Shown: piece after piece, positions 11,936 to 26,634 of the stretch
Position numbering within the stretch: position 1 is the stretch's first letter
Layout: each line of letters starts with the position of its first letter
Source of the DNA: Malacoraja senta
Lineage: Eukaryota
DNA: 62,000 nucleotides
Assembly (NCBI GenBank): GCA_038087875.1
Contig: CM075997.1
Coordinates: 930,001 to 992,000, forward strand
Reading direction: 5' to 3'
Notes under the pieces: generated by a model
Seen by the model: only the letters and a program-made list of their open reading frames with translations
Database searches by the model: none
Told to the model about the DNA's origin: nothing
Program-made: the position numbers and the translations under genes

Positions 11936-14900
11936 ATTCTCAACTGATTACTAGATGTAAAGGAGACACAAGGAGATGCAGGTGCTGGAATCCTGAGCAA
12001 ACCACAAAGTGCTGGAGGAACTCTGCGGGTCAGGCTGAGTTTGTCCAGCACTGTGCCTTGCAGTAAATGTAACTGGCTAGTTTGGAAACTATGTATGACT
12101 AATCGTTAAACTGTGGCATATACCACAGCATATATTATGACACCATCTTGCTGAGAAGTACATTGTCAGGCCAGTTGGCTCTCGTCAATCTGTAGAGCTG
12201 CCTCTCCACATATTGACATAAGCCATGAGTGCGTCTTCTAAAGAACGTGAATTATGTGAGAAATCGATTTTCATTATCCTTGTTGCTGCATGCAGATTAT
12301 GTTGTGAATTTAAAGCCTGCAGTTTGATCAATACAATAAGTACCGCACCACAACACTCAATCAAATGAGCTATTGCTGGACAGCAGGAACTCCGAGAAGT
12401 CGGGTCTAAAGAAGGGCCCTGATCGAAATGCCACCTATCCATGTTCTTCAGAAATGCTGCATGACCCAGAGTTACTCCAGCACTTTGTGTCTTTAAAAAT
12501 CAAAATAAACTAATGTCTGCTGTTCTTTGTTAAAGAAACGCAAGATGTGCAGGGTGACAGGAGAAAAAAAAGTAAGACAACAGAAAATATATGAGTGGGA
12601 GGAGAGGGGAGAAAAAGAGAGGAGGGAAAGAAAAGAGGGGAAAAAGAGAAAAAATGGGGGCAGAAAGAAAAAGAGAGAGAGGCCAGAGAAAGAGAGGTGG
12701 GAGAGCACCTCAAATAAAGCCTTGTTGGACATCAATGTCACATAGTGAGCCGAATGAAATCTACTCTTTAAAGGACATGAGAAGATGCATTTACTCAGGT
12801 TTCCAAAAATCTTGTTTTTGGCTAGTGTAGCAAAGAAATTTGAACTCAAATTAAAATCAGCCGTATACCTATTCTTAGATATTGAACTGAATGAACCTCG
12901 TGCCCTGTGTTTTTGCACACACATAGTTGATTTCCAAATTTCTCTTTTCACATTAAAAATCACTGCAAATGTCGTTTTAATTACCTGTCTCAATCTAGTG
13001 CATTTATTGGGAATCACAGATAAACGGTCAAGGTCCATTGGTGATCTATAATTGCCGTGGACTCGATGGGCCGAAGGGCCTGTTCCCACGCTGTATCTCT
13101 AAACTAAGCCCTGACACTGAACACTACTCAGGTCGAAAGAAAAAGGCATGGACTGGGTAAAATGATCTGCTTCATCAAATGGAGAGGGAAAACAAGAGCA
13201 GGAGACCACACTGGATCTGGATTTCAGTACAGTAACGATGATGAAAGGAAGTGGAGCTTATAAAATATTGTTTGGCATTTAGCGAGAACATGAGAAGAAA
13301 ATTCAAAACATCTGCAACGAGAAGGAAGGAGACAGACAAGGAATATATCCAAACAGTGACACGAGAGGTTTGCCAAGGGGCAAGACAGGGCTTGCTGTCA
13401 TGCAAGAGTCTTCTACTTCCCATCCAAGAATGAGACAGCTGCCAAGGGAGCCCTGGAAACAGTTTACAACTCTTCATCAGCCTTCAGCTTTACTAAAAGC
13501 AAAGGAAAGAAGCGTTTGGCAAAAGAGGAGGAAATAAGCTTATAATTCTTGTATGCAGCTTTAGCAATAGAGGAGATTATGGGAGTCCCAGGAGACTGGA
13601 GCACACCATGCCAAGAAGTTTTTGGATACAGTTACAGCAAGGCTATACTTGTCGTAAGAATCCAGCGCTTTGAAGGTCTGAAACAAAAATAGAATGTTTT
13701 TGTTGCTGTTCCAGTGAAGAGCAATGGCAACATTAAACACTTCATTAAGGAGCAGCAAGGGAAGCGAATAGGAGGAATGTGGTGTGGCAGTCTCAGCAAA
13801 AGAATAGATGCATGGAGTTTAGCAATCTGAAAAGTCAGATGTGGAGAGAAAAGAGCTTAGAGTTCCTATAGAAGGAATCAAAGAAAGAGTTACCAGATAA
13901 ATGATATAAAAAGGTGTGCAGTAAGTAGGTAACACTAACTACATAACAACAAGAAGCCATGTCGAACACATCTAATGATGCCTACAGGAAAGCCTTGAAG
14001 ATGCAAAGAATGATCAATATTTCTTTCGGGCAATAAATTATGAGAATGATTATCCAACTTTAAAAATAATGATTTGAGCTTCTAGATTTCTTTATTTTTT
14101 GTTTGGAACATTTCAGATGGTCCTCCCTCATCTCAAGACAGAACTGACTAAATAGACACAAAGAGCTGGAGTAACTCAGCAGGTCAGACAGCATCTCTGG
14201 AGAAATGGAATAGGTGACGCTTCGGGTCGAGACCCTTCAGTCTTTTCTCCTATTCCAGTTTTTTGTATCTATCTTTGGTTTAAACCAGCATCAGCTGTTC
14301 CTTCCTACAGATTTGACTGCAAGATGCCTCAAATCCACCTGAAAGCAAATTTCCATTTATCAAAGATACATTATGCCCATTTTGTAGCTGATGCCTTTTA
14401 TATTTAAACACCCACAGTCTGAAATAGTGTGCACATCTCAGCTGGTGAATTTCCGCAATCCAGGAATGGGGTTTTGATTTCACGTCTCCATCATTTTTAC
14501 AAAGAAGCTTTTCACAAAGAGTCCTAACAACATTGTCAAAATTTTAAATCAACCAGAATTTATACAAAAGTGTCATTCAGCAGGTTCCTGACTATAGATC
14601 AGGTAGATGCAGAGTCTCTTGCCCAGAGTAGGGAATCGAGGAGCAGAGGGCATGGGTTTAAGGTGAAGGGGAAATGATTTAATAGGAGGGTTAACTTTTT
14701 CACACAAAGGGTGGTGGGTGTATGGAACAAGCTGCCAGAGGAGGTAGTTGAGGCAGGGACTATCCCAATGTTTAAGAAAGACAGGTATATGGATAGGACA
14801 GGTTTGGAGGGATATGGACCATACGCAGGCAGCATCTCTGGAGAAAAGGAATAGGTGACATTTTGGGTCGAGACCCTTCTTCAGACTAAGAGTCATGGGA

Positions 14901-15350
14901 AAGGGAAATGAGCCCTTTCACTATTACAACTTCCACTACTTACACCATTGCTTAAACCTGATATTACTCTCTTACTTGCCATAGATTTTTTACATTTTCA
15001 TCCATAGTGAGATAACTTCATTTCTGCTGCCGTGCCCAATCTCGAGCTAAAATCAATGGCCGTCTTACTTTAATAGGCCTGGGTGTTGTCAATGGCAGCA
15101 AGACAAGAGACTTAATTAAACCTGTTTTTTTTGTTGAATGAACATCCAACTCCACATAGATCCTGTTACATTGTCAGCTGGGTTCTTTCCTTCACAAAAT
15201 ATCAATAAGTAACAAAGTATCACTGTAATTCAACCCCCCACATCAGAACCCACGGCACTTAATCTCACATATATGAGGAATCCTGACACTGTTCGGAATG
15301 CCGTTTCATCATTACTCTAATTCAATGGGACAGGCGAGAGAGAAAAATGA

Positions 15351-15552
15351 AGGGCCTGTCCCACTTACACAATATTTTCGGCGACTGCCGTCACCCGTCA
15401 TAGTCGCAGCAGGTGGCCGAAAATTTTCAACATGTTGAAAATCCAGCGGAGACCAGAAAAAGGTACGACTCTTTGGGCGACTACTCACGACCATACAGGC
15501 GTCACCTGCAACATGTCGCCGGAAAAAAAATCACGTAAGTGGTGCAGGCCCT
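15351..15552. mobile_element. MITE, PIF/Harbinger-like
   Basis: TIR AGGGCCTGTCCCACTTAC / GTAAGTGGTGCAGGCCCT; 3-bp TGA duplication. Confidence 0.75.
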
Positions 15553-15861
15553 TGACTCCCTTAAATAGCCTGTCTGCTACAGGAAGTATCCAGGGGTATG
15601 ATAATATGAATGACGACTATTAAAACATTGTTCATTTATTCTCCATTCCAATGATAGCACATTTTGTAACAGGATGCTGTACAATTTTTCACAGTCTTTG
15701 CTTTCGTTGCTGGAGACTAACATCGGCATATGCGCCTTCTCTGGACGAAGATCAGCGGAACAAAATCTCCACATGGTTTAAAAAACATTAAAATAACATA
15801 AAAACCCCCATAAATTGTTCCAAGATATTATAAGTTTATATTTGTAAGAACATAAACCACA

Positions 15862-16126
15862 GGGGTGGCACAGCAGTTGAATTGCTGCCTTACAGCACCA
15901 GAGACCCCAGTTCAATCCTGACTACGGGTGTGGTCTGTATGGAGTTTCTACGCTCTCCCTGTGACTCAATCCAGGAGCACCAGTTTACTCCCACACTCCA
16001 GATCAGTAGGTTAGTTGGCGTCGGTAAAATAGTAAATTGTTCCTAGTGTGTAGGATAGTGCTAGTGTACGGGGTGATCGCTGGTCTGTGAGCCGAAGGGC
16101 CCGTTTCTCCATCTCTAAAGTCTAAA
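15862..16126 (+). mobile_element. V-SINE (HE1-like)
   Basis: Same consensus. Confidence 0.75.
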
Positions 16127-16298
16127 ACCAATTTACTCCAATGTCAAAAATGCAAGTCCTTTGCACCTTATACCTCTTTGGCAGTTTCAGCACAACAGAA
16201 GGAAAAATGGCCATGAATCTTAACTTTCCAAAGTCAAACTTCATTGTGCTTTCAGGCTTATTCTCAAATTGGAGGAGGTAAACAAGTTATCAGACGCA

Positions 16299-16475
16299 GA
16301 CAAAAGTGCTGGAGAAACTCAGCGGGTGCAGCAGCATCTATGGAACGAAGGAAATAGGCAACGTTTCGGGCCGAAACATTGCCCATTTCCTTCGCTCCAT
16401 AGATGCTGCTGCACCCGCTGAGTTTCTCCAGCACTTTTGTCCACCTTCGATTTTCCAGCATCTGCAGTTCCTTCT
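16299..16475. mobile_element. Penelope-like inverted (hairpin) insertion with 20-bp TSD
   Basis: TAAACAAGTTATCAGACGCA at 16279-16298 and 16476-16495. Confidence 0.85.
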
Positions 16476-18154
16476 TAAACAAGTTATCAGACGCACAGTT
16501 TAAAATCTATATCACTCGTATGGCTCCAATTAATTTGATACATTGTGATATTTCTCAATGAGCAGCTTGTTTCAGGAGGAGGCAATTCACTCCATTCAAC
16601 ACAAACAAGGTTTCTATTTACACAGATGTTGCTCAGCCTGATAAATACATGAATAAATGAGTTTCGGTTCAAATTTTAAAATGTCTGCGTCTGTAGTATT
16701 TTCTTTTAAGTGTGGGCGTGTTCTCTTCAGATCAGTGCCTGGTAGGCAGCTTTTTAAAGTTACTACAACACTCGATTTGGTTACATGTAATTAAAAAAAC
16801 TGCAGATGCTAGTTTATACCAAAGATAGACATCAACGGCTGGAGTAACTGAGCGCGTCAGTCAATAGACAATAGGTGCAGGAGTAGGCCATTCGACCCTT
16901 CGAGCCAGCATCGCCATTCAATGTGATCGTGGCTGATCATCCCCAATCAGTACCCCGTTCCTGCCTTCTCCCCATATCCCCTGACTCCACTATCTTTAAG
17001 AGCCCTATCTAGCTCTCTCTTGAAAGCCAGGAAGGGTCCTAGTCAGGAAGGGTCCCAGCGTGAAACATCACTCATCCATTTTTTCCAGAAACACTGCCCG
17101 ATCCGCTGAGTTACTCCAGCACTTTGTGTCTAACTCGAATTTGGTTGTTATTCTGAAATGGACCATATTTTTTACACTGTGTTTAAGAAGGAACTGCAGA
17201 TGCTGGAAAATCGAAGGTAGACAAAAATGCTGGAGAAACTCAGCGGGTGAGGCAGCATCTGTGGAGTTCCGGGTCGAAACCCGAAACGTTGCCCATTTCC
17301 TTCGCTCCATAGATGCTGCCTCACCCGCTGAGTTTCTCCAGCATTTTTGTCTATCATAGTTTTTACACTAATGTTTTTGCTTCTGGTGTATTCTTCAGAA
17401 TAAAACAGAATTGAATCGGCCCAAAATTTAACAGAGTTCAGTATTCCCATAATCAACAAGATTAAAAACAAAAAAAACATAGAATATAAAATGTTCACTC
17501 TGAATACACCCGACATTGGTTGTAATAATCAACATAAAAATAACATGAAAATAAATTGTCTGGGATGTGGGAAAGGCCTGAATTTATTCCCCAGTTTTCA
17601 ATTCCCCCTGAACAGAGAGATGTGGCTGGGAATCACCAATAGGGTTGGTAAAAGCAGCAGAATGAAGGATGCGATTGAACCAGATGTCCCTTTGCAACAA
17701 GCTAATTATTTCATTGTCAACTGAAAATAATCTACAGTCAGCCATGGAGAGATTTGAATTCAGGTCTCTGTATTACCTGCCCGATAACCAAACCACTAGA
17801 TCCTCCGCTTCCATTTATTTTATTAAATTTGTTTGGCAGTTCACCATGAATTAGGTACTTATATGGCCAAATTTCAATAACAAATAAGATCCCACTGAGT
17901 TAATGAGCTTCAGTTGGTGCAGTGATCTGCTGATCTGTCACTGGATTGTAGCTAAGTAAAAGTTACTGATTCAGAGGCACATGTTTGAATCCTACATGGG
18001 GCATGTAAAGTCATGTCATCAAATTCATTTGGAAATAACAATACTAATCTCAGCACAGAACTACTGGATTGTGTTTAAGAATTCTTCTCATGCCCGACTA
18101 TTTATTCTTCAGGGAAGGAACACTTCAAACCTCACCTTTCTGCCCTACATGTGT

Positions 18155-18770
18155 CCTTGGAGCATTGAGTATAAGAGTCAGGAGTTCATGATGCAGCTTA
18201 ATTGGACTTTGGTTAGGCCACATATGGAGTATTGTGTGCAGTTCTGGTCGACCCATTGCAGGTGGGATGTGGAGGCTTTGGAGAGGATGCAGAAAAGCTT
18301 TACCAGAATGCTGCCTGGTTTTGAGGTTATTAAATATAAAAGGGAGATTGGGCAAACTTGGGTTGTTTTCTCTGGAACGTCTGAGGTTGAGGGGGGACTT
18401 GATGGAAGTTTACAAAATTATGAGAGGCATAGATAGGGTAGAAAATCAGAACCGGTTTCCCAAGGTGGAAATGTCAAAGACTAGAGGGGAGAGGGGTTTA
18501 AAGTGAGGGGCAAAGTTGAAAAAAGGGTTGCGCAGGGCAAGTTTTGTGTTCTTTTAATTAACATACACACGGCGGGTGGTTGGAACACGCTGCTGCATTG
18601 GTATTGGAGGCAGCTGCAGGTACATTAGTGCCGTTTACGAGGCTTTTAGATAGGCATGTAAAGGGAATGGTGGGATATGTATCACGTGCAGGTAAAGGAG
18701 ATTAGTTTAACTTGGCATCACGTTCGGTGTGGACATCGCGAGCTAAAGGGCTTGCCCTGTGCTGTTCTAC
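18155..18770 (+). mobile_element. Degenerate CR1 LINE 3' end
   Basis: LVRPHMEYCVQFWS...; LERLRLRGDLMEVYKIMRGIDRV. Confidence 0.9.
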
Positions 18771-20582
18771 ATTCTGCACGTGCAATTCCAGATCCTCAAA
18801 TGCGTTCGACTCTACTGCCTGCAGATCCCGGGGACAATAAATACAGCGTCCACACTGCAAAGACAAACAACCGCCAGTGAAGGACATTGTCTGTTGTTTG
18901 TCATCACTGAGCTTGTGCATCATGCCTACATACCGATGCACAATAGACCATTGTGAAGCCAGGGTTTGTATCGGGAACAAATTGAAACACAGGAGACAAC
19001 AGTGCCAGAGTAAAAAGAGAAGACAAACCCCAAAATGTATAAAGCCCTCAGAATGAGACTGGAGTTGAATACCCTTTTCTAAATCTCAGGATTGTTGGAC
19101 AGTGGATGAAATCAAATTCCTCTGCATTGTATTTGGATGCCTGGAATTTTAATTCGAACATCATTCACATTCCACCGTTTGCCTGTTGTTATGCTGCAAG
19201 AAACAAAGCCTTAATCAGTCCCCCGTTAATGCAATTTTGCCTTGGTGCCCTTGCACTGAATAATCAAAGCTGTGAACGCAGATGAAATGAAGAATGGTTG
19301 CTGGATTGGTCAAACAGTTAGTAAGAGGAATAAGCACCTCGAGGCTCGGACAGAGTCCTGGTCTTTACTATCAAACCCACCCCCAACCCACAGGAGATAA
19401 AAGAAAAGGAAAGATTGTGAGAGCAGCAAAGGATAAAGCATGCAATAACTAGGTAGTAGTTTCCAACAGTAACCTTATAAATGTACATACTCAAAAATAA
19501 CCATCTTTATATTAAAATAACTACCGTCATTGAAAATAACAGATACACGGAACTGCAGGTGTTGGTTTACAGAAAAACAAAGCATTGCAGTAACTCAGTG
19601 GGTCAGGCAGCATCCTGGAACTTATTCCAGCCATTTGTTTTTATTGAAAATGACTTGATTAATGTGACAAATATGTTGATTAGAACAAGATATTTTCAAG
19701 TTGCCTATTTTTTTTCCATTTAATTTACTTTTTATGTTTCAGTTATTGCACTTTGCATTTACAATCATTTGGAGGAGGCGAGCTGGGTTGACAATAATAC
19801 ATTCACACCCTCTAATAACTAGGTCTCTAATTTCTTGACTCCAACACACACAGCAAACAGGCACTTGACAATCATTCAGCAAAATGGAAAGGCACTTGTC
19901 TTGACTCATGCAGTGCTCCGTCCTGTATTAAGGCACTTTTGTAGCAAGGAGCCACCAACACACCCTTCACAACTCACTTTCTAGCAACCTCCTTTATTTA
20001 GGCATTGGCAAAACTATCCCCAACCTGATACAAGGGCAGGACAAATTCTGGACATGCAAATCCCATAAATGCAAATCCCAACTGAAAAAAAAACAAATCC
20101 GCTGCTCACTCTCCTGCCTGCCGATGAGTTTTCCTACCCTCCTCACTGAAGGCAAAGTTCTGATTCTGCCCATTTTCTAGGAAAAATATGGCAGGTGTCT
20201 ATTCATCACACACAAAAAAAAAAAACAGGACCAAGGGAACAAAGCATCGTACGTTACAGGGCCATCAATGAACCTATTGTGAGCTGCCAAAAAGTGTCAA
20301 GAAAGAAGCTATTTTCTGTATCGTCTCTTTTCAATCTGTACAAAGCATTGTGTTTACAATAAAATGTAATGTGACACAAAAACTCGAATGGTTGCTATGA
20401 AAAAAAAATGTTGATTGCTCCTGATAACAGTTCTGGGTGGCAACACATTCCTCAGGATCAGGTGTGCTATATTTGTCCGCCACTCCTAAAAGAACTAAAG
20501 CAATGGCGATGTAGCAGGAAGTTTGTTTAATCGGGTGGCAAATCAGAACAAAATGGCACATGACCAATTATACAATTCCATT

Positions 20583-20802
20583 ATAGACACAAAATGCTGG
20601 AGTAACTCAGCGGGACAGGCAGCGTCTCTGGAGAGAAGGAATGGGTGACGTTTCAGGTCGAGACTCTTCTTATCTGAAGAAGAGTCTCGACCCGAAACGT
20701 CACCCTTTCCTTTTCTCCGGAGATGCTGCCTGTCCCGCTGAGTTACTCCAGCATTTTGTGTCTATCTTTGGTGTAAACTAGCATCGGTAGTTCCTTCCTA
20801 CA
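20583..20802. mobile_element. Penelope-like inverted insertion
   Basis: Two opposed copies of the 3' fragment; flanking TA(C/T)AATTCCAT repeat. Confidence 0.8.
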
Positions 20803-21391
20803 AATATATAATTCCATCAGCTCAAATAGTCCTGGGCAGCATCTCAATATGTTACATAATCACAATTTGACAAGTTCTGAAAGAACGCATGTGCCTTGTG
20901 TTGCTTCAACACAATGTTTTCAAAATAGCCAAGATAACCGTTTATGTAAACTCCCGAAAAATATTCAACTAACTCGTGAGAATTTAGTGAGCTTTGGTAA
21001 AGCAGCATTGGATTTGTTTCGCACTAATTTTCAACAAATGTAAGTAGTTGGACCATTACAAAATCAACAAAAGGAAAAGTTGATTGTTAATACAAGTGCA
21101 TACCTATTCGTATTCTATTCCTGCTCTCCAGAGATGTGGCCTGACCCGCTGAGTTACTCCAGCATTTTGTGTCTGTCTTTGTCAATACAAGTGACAGTTA
21201 CTGTGTGGATCAAAGCTGTTTTTCTGGATGCATGCAGCAAGTTTGCTTTCTGTGACATATTTCCAAAATATTGACAATGACATGCTGCTGGAATGCAAGA
21301 GGAATGTAGCTGGGATATGCTGAAAATGGCACTGAATAGAAATCAACTCGATCTTCATGTCTCAGGTAGCACAAATGCCCCTTCCATAACG

Positions 21392-21720
21392 GGTGGCATG
21401 GTGGCGCAGCGGTGGAGTTGCTGCCTTGCAGCGCCAGAGACCCGGGTTCGAACCCGACTACGGGTGCTGTCTGTACGGAGTGTGTATGCTCCCCCCATGA
21501 GTTTTCTCCCAAATCCTCGGTTTCCTCCCACGTTTCAAAGACGTACAAGTTTGTAGGTTAGTGGGCTTGGTATAATTGTAAATTAATTATTATTGGTATA
21601 ATTGTAAATTCTCCCTAGTGTGTGTAGGGTAATGTTAATGTGCAGGGAATCACCAGTCTGTGCGAACTCAGTGGGCCGAAGGGCCTGTTTTCTGTGCTGT
21701 ATCTCTAAACTAAACTAAAT
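21392..21720 (+). mobile_element. V-SINE (HE1-like)
   Basis: Same consensus. Confidence 0.85.
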
Positions 21721-23892
21721 AGAGTCTGGAATGAACTTGGATCTTTTGCTGCATCAAGCTACAACTAACTAAAACATTTAATTACACCCAGCATATGATG
21801 AAAAGGAATTTTTATGGCAGTTTACAAGAGATGCTGCAGTGGGCACAGGGCGTGACTGGAGTAACATTCAGAGCAATGGATCAATACACAAGTCTGACTC
21901 AGGTGTCAAATTAACTACTAGAAAGCCGATCGGTTGGTATGATTCAAAACTGGCACCTTCCTTCAAACCACTGAGAAGATGCAATCTTCTTGATACTACG
22001 CACAGTTGCAGCATTGTTTCAGAAAGGGGAAAGTGCTTTTATGAGAAATTACAATAATCACTACATAGAAATAATGTTATGGCCTATAAATGTAGAAGCT
22101 GTAAACCTATAACCTATTTAGAAGTTGGGCGTATTCCTGTAACTCTGCATCCGCAACAGCGAAGCTATTACTGCACAGATTGCACTGGTTTAAGCCAGCA
22201 CCTCACACACCTCTCAAAGAGGAATTAATGATGGAAATTAAATGCTAGTCTTGCCTACATCCCATAAATTAATAATAAAAACAATAAATCAATAATGGAG
22301 CATTCAATGGTTTCGCAGGAAACCACGATAAGTCATCCTATTGTGTGCAAGTACATCAGGAAATGGAAATAGAAACTTTGGCAAAGGATTGCAATTACCA
22401 TATAGGACACCCCTACATTCTTCTGCTCTTGGATTAGCTAAAGCGATGATTCATGTTCCAGCCAAAACATGATCAAAGCAGTTATCTGTAAATTCTGGTA
22501 GTTTTGCTGTCAAATCACAGATCAGTGGACTCGAGGGAATGGATTCAAAAGAAGTGTCTTTGTACGTCTTGTTGCGCAGTGCAGAATACGCGGCTGCTTC
22601 AGCTGGGAATGAAGTCAGCAGAGAGTTCACATCTGTCAGGAAGAGTCGGGTTCACATCTGTCTGACCTCCCAGTTGAAGTACTCAACTGATTATTTTTTG
22701 GGAAAAGGAAGAGGAACATGCCTAACTGGTGTCGTCAGCTGACTAATTCATGTTAAGTCATAGATGACTGAGAATTTCCAATTGGCTTTAATCAGCTATT
22801 TGAATGAAATGCATAAAATGTTGCTTCAATTAGATGTATATTAACTGATTCATAATGTTAAAACAATCAAAGCCATGACTTGTTCCATAGGAGACAGGCT
22901 AATGAATTGCTCAGACTAATCATTCGATCCAAAAGCAGATTTTTGTTTGAAGTGATCACTGCTTGCAGGCATCTCTGGTCGCTTGTGCATGTTCAACAGA
23001 TGTTAGGAACTCCAGAGTTAGCCGATCCACATCAGCATGGTCGGTGTCATGCACTTGGACATCTTTACTTTGAGGCAGAACTGGTTGGTACTTTCCCAGT
23101 CCGATCTCAGGCTCCAGTTTGGGAACTACCTCAGCTGTACATGAGCTACCACAAATGGCCTCAGTGTTTCAATGTTAAACCATTGTTGACCAAACAAGAG
23201 TCAAGAGTGTTTCAATGTGTCCCAAAACGGAACAATTAAATTCCTACTTGCAGCAGCACAACAGATATGTAAACATAGTAGTCTGTAAAACTCATAATAA
23301 ACAAAATGTCCAGTATAAAAACAAACAATGACAAACAGGTTGAACAGATACTTGTTACGATTTAAAAAAAAAAATCAAAGTGTTGGGTCTCTTCTTCAAA
23401 CCGAGTCTAGGCAATGTTCTGGGTCGGGACCCTTCTTCATCTAATTTGTTGATTCTTCAACCTGAAGAAGGGTCCCGATCCCAAACGTTATCTATCCATG
23501 TTCTCCATAGATGCTGCCTTACCCTCCCAGTTATTCCAGCACTGTGTATCTTTTTTTAAACAACAAAAACTACTTGTGTGAGCACTGCACATAGATTTGA
23601 TTAGCTTACATTTTTCTATGATTACAACTACTTAAATTTAGGTGCACAATGATATCATTTCTTTGGTGAACTTCCAAAAACCTAGGAATTATACCTAGCA
23701 CAGAATCTTGGTTGACTTGCCTTTCCCTGGGCAAATATTATTGCAATGACAAGGATTCTGCAGTCACGCCAACAGGTAAATCCACTAACTGAGCCAAGAC
23801 GTGGCTTTCAAGCTTGTTACCTCCCGACTATGTGCAGATATCACCTGCCTCTTCGACAACACTGAAACACATTGCCTCAAAGTACTCAAAGT

Positions 23893-24198
23893 AGGGCGGT
23901 CACGGTGGCGCAGCGGTAGAGTTGCTGCCTTACAGCGAATGCAGCGCCGGAGACCCAGGTTCGATCCCGACTATGGATGCTGTCTGTACGGAATGTGTAC
24001 GATCTCCCCGTGGGTTTTCTCCGAGATCTTCGGTTTCCTCCCACACTCCAAAGATCTACAGGTTTGTAGGTTAATTGGCTTGGTAAATGTAAAAATTGTC
24101 CTTAGTGGGTGTAGGATAGTGTTAATGTGCGGGGATCGCTGGTCGGCGCGGACCCGGTGGGCCGAAGGACCTGTTTCCGCGCTGTATCTCTGAACTAA
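23893..24198 (+). mobile_element. tRNA-derived V-SINE (HE1-like), full length
   Basis: A box TGGCGCAGCGG, B box GGTTCGATCC, V-domain GGTTTCCTCCCACACTCCAAAGA, CR1-like tail GGGCCGAAGG..CTGTTTCCGCGCTGTATCTCT. Confidence 0.85.
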
Positions 24199-25869
24199 AT
24201 TACTCAAACACCACAGTGAAAATGATTTATTTGGTGATAAATTACTGCAATGAAGAAAAACAGATAATCCAAGGACTTTGTTAGATTCTTCAGTAATTAT
24301 CACCCAACACCCTCTTTTCACTGTCACTTCTGCAATGATTCATTTAAAATCCCCCCCGTGTGTCAGCTTTCACTCATCGCCACATGCGTTGCATCACTGT
24401 TGTTGTTTTCGGGTAAAGAGCTTAATGAACTCAATGTGCAGCCTTCAATCAACCTGCAGGTTCCATAGGAAGAAGATTAACAACGACCAAATCCAAAGTC
24501 TTGGAAGATGCCAGCTTTAGGTCGCTCAGCATCTGTGAAGCTCCCTGGCGTGCAGCGTCTGTGTAACAGTTGGGTCAAATCCTCTTTAAATTACAGATCA
24601 GCAGCAATGCTGAACATCCCAACCAAGGGGGTAATACTCACCATCTTCTAGAACAAAAAAAATACTGCAGATGCTGCAAAATACACCATCTAACAGAGCC
24701 ACACTACCTGGTCAACTCTCCGCTCCCCTGTCTAATGTTACGAGGAGTATGTTTTTGTTCCCTTGCTCCTTTCAACTCACTGCATACAAGCCGGAGATCA
24801 AGTAGAGTCGTACAGCTGGGGAACAGGCCCTTCACCCCGGCTGATCCATGCCAACCAAGATGCCCCAAAACTAGTCCCATTTGCCTGCATTTGGCCCATA
24901 ACCTTTCCTGTCTGTGCAAGCACCTCCAGCTGCCTTGTCCTCAAGACATCGCCATTAGCTTTCCCAAGTTTGCCAGTCTTCATGTCTTCCTCTGTAGTGA
25001 AAACAGAGAAATATTCATGAAGAATAAAACTGGGACAAACTGCTCTCTGAGTATCTCATGAAATCCTTTACTGAGTGGTCATCAAACCACATTCCCAATA
25101 GGCAGCAAACAAGATCCCACGAGAACACGGCCAACGCAACCTCAACATTTCTTCTTTTTTCCCCCCACATCTGTCACAGACATTGTTAGTCACAAGGAAC
25201 TGCAGATGCTAGAACCTTGAATGGAACACAAAGTTGTGGAGTGACTCAGCGGGTCAGGCAGCATCTCTGGAGGATGTGGATAGGCAATGTTTCAGGTGAC
25301 ATGGATAGGTGACTATTTGGTTGAGACCCTTCTTCAGACTGTCAACGAGCAGGAATCACAGAGGGGGAGCAGTCAGAGAGAGTTTGACAAATCTGCAGTC
25401 GGAGAGAGAACTTCTTTAAAGTAGACGTTAGTATATGCTCTCTGCTGTCATCTCCTCATCTTACTCAATCAGTCCAGTCAATTTCCATAATCTACCACTC
25501 ATCCAAACTCTTCATGCAAACCCCAAGCCACAGAATGGCATGCTCATCCACTGAGATAAACCATCTTTTTATCATGGCCTCTCACTTTTCTAGTCCATCA
25601 ACCTCAATACATATCCAAAACCAAAAGCTCCTCGCAACCCTGGCTTCCTCCCAAAGCCTTCTCAAGCTCCCCATTCCTCCACCCATTGTGTGTTGGTCCA
25701 TTGACCAAAAGCCACTTCAACCCAACACTAGATTTCCCCCAAAACCCTTCCAGCTCCAAGTGCAATACACAAGGAACTGCAGATGCAGAGTTACAAAACA
25801 AGAAACAAAGTGCTGGAGTAACACGGCGGGTCAGGCAGCATCTCGGGACAACATGGATAGGTGATGTTT

Positions 25870-26634
25870 GAAGTGGTGGCCGATTAGGAAAAGGGGAGAT
25901 GCAACGAGACCTGGGTGTCATGGTACACCAGTCATTGAAAGTAGGAATGCAGGTGCAGCAGGCAGTGAAGAAAGCAAATGGTATGTTAGCATTCATAGCA
26001 AAAGGATTTGAGTATAAAGAGCAGGGAGGTTCTACTGCAGTTGTACAGGGTCTTGGTGAGACCACACCTGGAGTATTGCGTACAGTTTTGGTCTCCTAAT
26101 CTGAGGAAAGACATTCTTGCCATAGAGGGAGTACAGAGAAGGTTCACCAGACTGATTCCTGGGATGGCAGGACTTTCATATGAGGAAAGACTGGATAGAC
26201 TCGGCTTGTACACATTGGAATTCAGAAGACTGAGGGGGGATCTTATAGAAACTTACAAAATTCTTAAGGGGTTGGACAGGCTAGATGCAGGAAGATTATT
26301 CCCGATGTTGGGGAAGTCCAGAACTAGGGGTCACAGTTTAAGGATAAGAGGGAAAACTTTTAGGACCGAGATGAGGAAATCATTTTTTACACAGAGAGTG
26401 GTGAATCTGTGGAATTCTCTGCCACAGAAGGTAGTTGAGGCCAGTTCATTGGCTATATTTAAGAGGGAGTTAGATGTGGCCCTTGTGGCTAAAGGGATCA
26501 GGGGGTATGGAGAGAAGGCAGGGATGGGATACTGAGTTGGATGATCAGCCATGATCATATCAAATGGCGGTGCAGGCTCGAAGGGCCGAATGGCCTACTC
26601 CTGCACCTATTTTCTATGTTTCTATGTTTCTATG
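25870..26634 (+). mobile_element. CR1-clade LINE, 5'-truncated, young
   Basis: QRDLGVMVHQSLK.../LYRVLVRPHLEYCVQFWSP...RRLRGDLIETYKILKG...FFTQRVVNLWNSLP; one frameshift near 26017; (TTTCTATG)n tail. Confidence 0.95.

Noticed and set aside
12493..13089. 198-aa minus-strand ORF
   Set aside because: Starts in a SINE tail and runs through a low-complexity LINE-like 3' UTR.
17950..18150. Possible ancient Deu-domain SINE remnant (also ~22200, ~51200)
   Set aside because: Too diverged to support by eye.
23893..23970. tRNA gene (A/B boxes)
   Set aside because: Head of a multi-copy SINE that continues into the V-domain and LINE tail.
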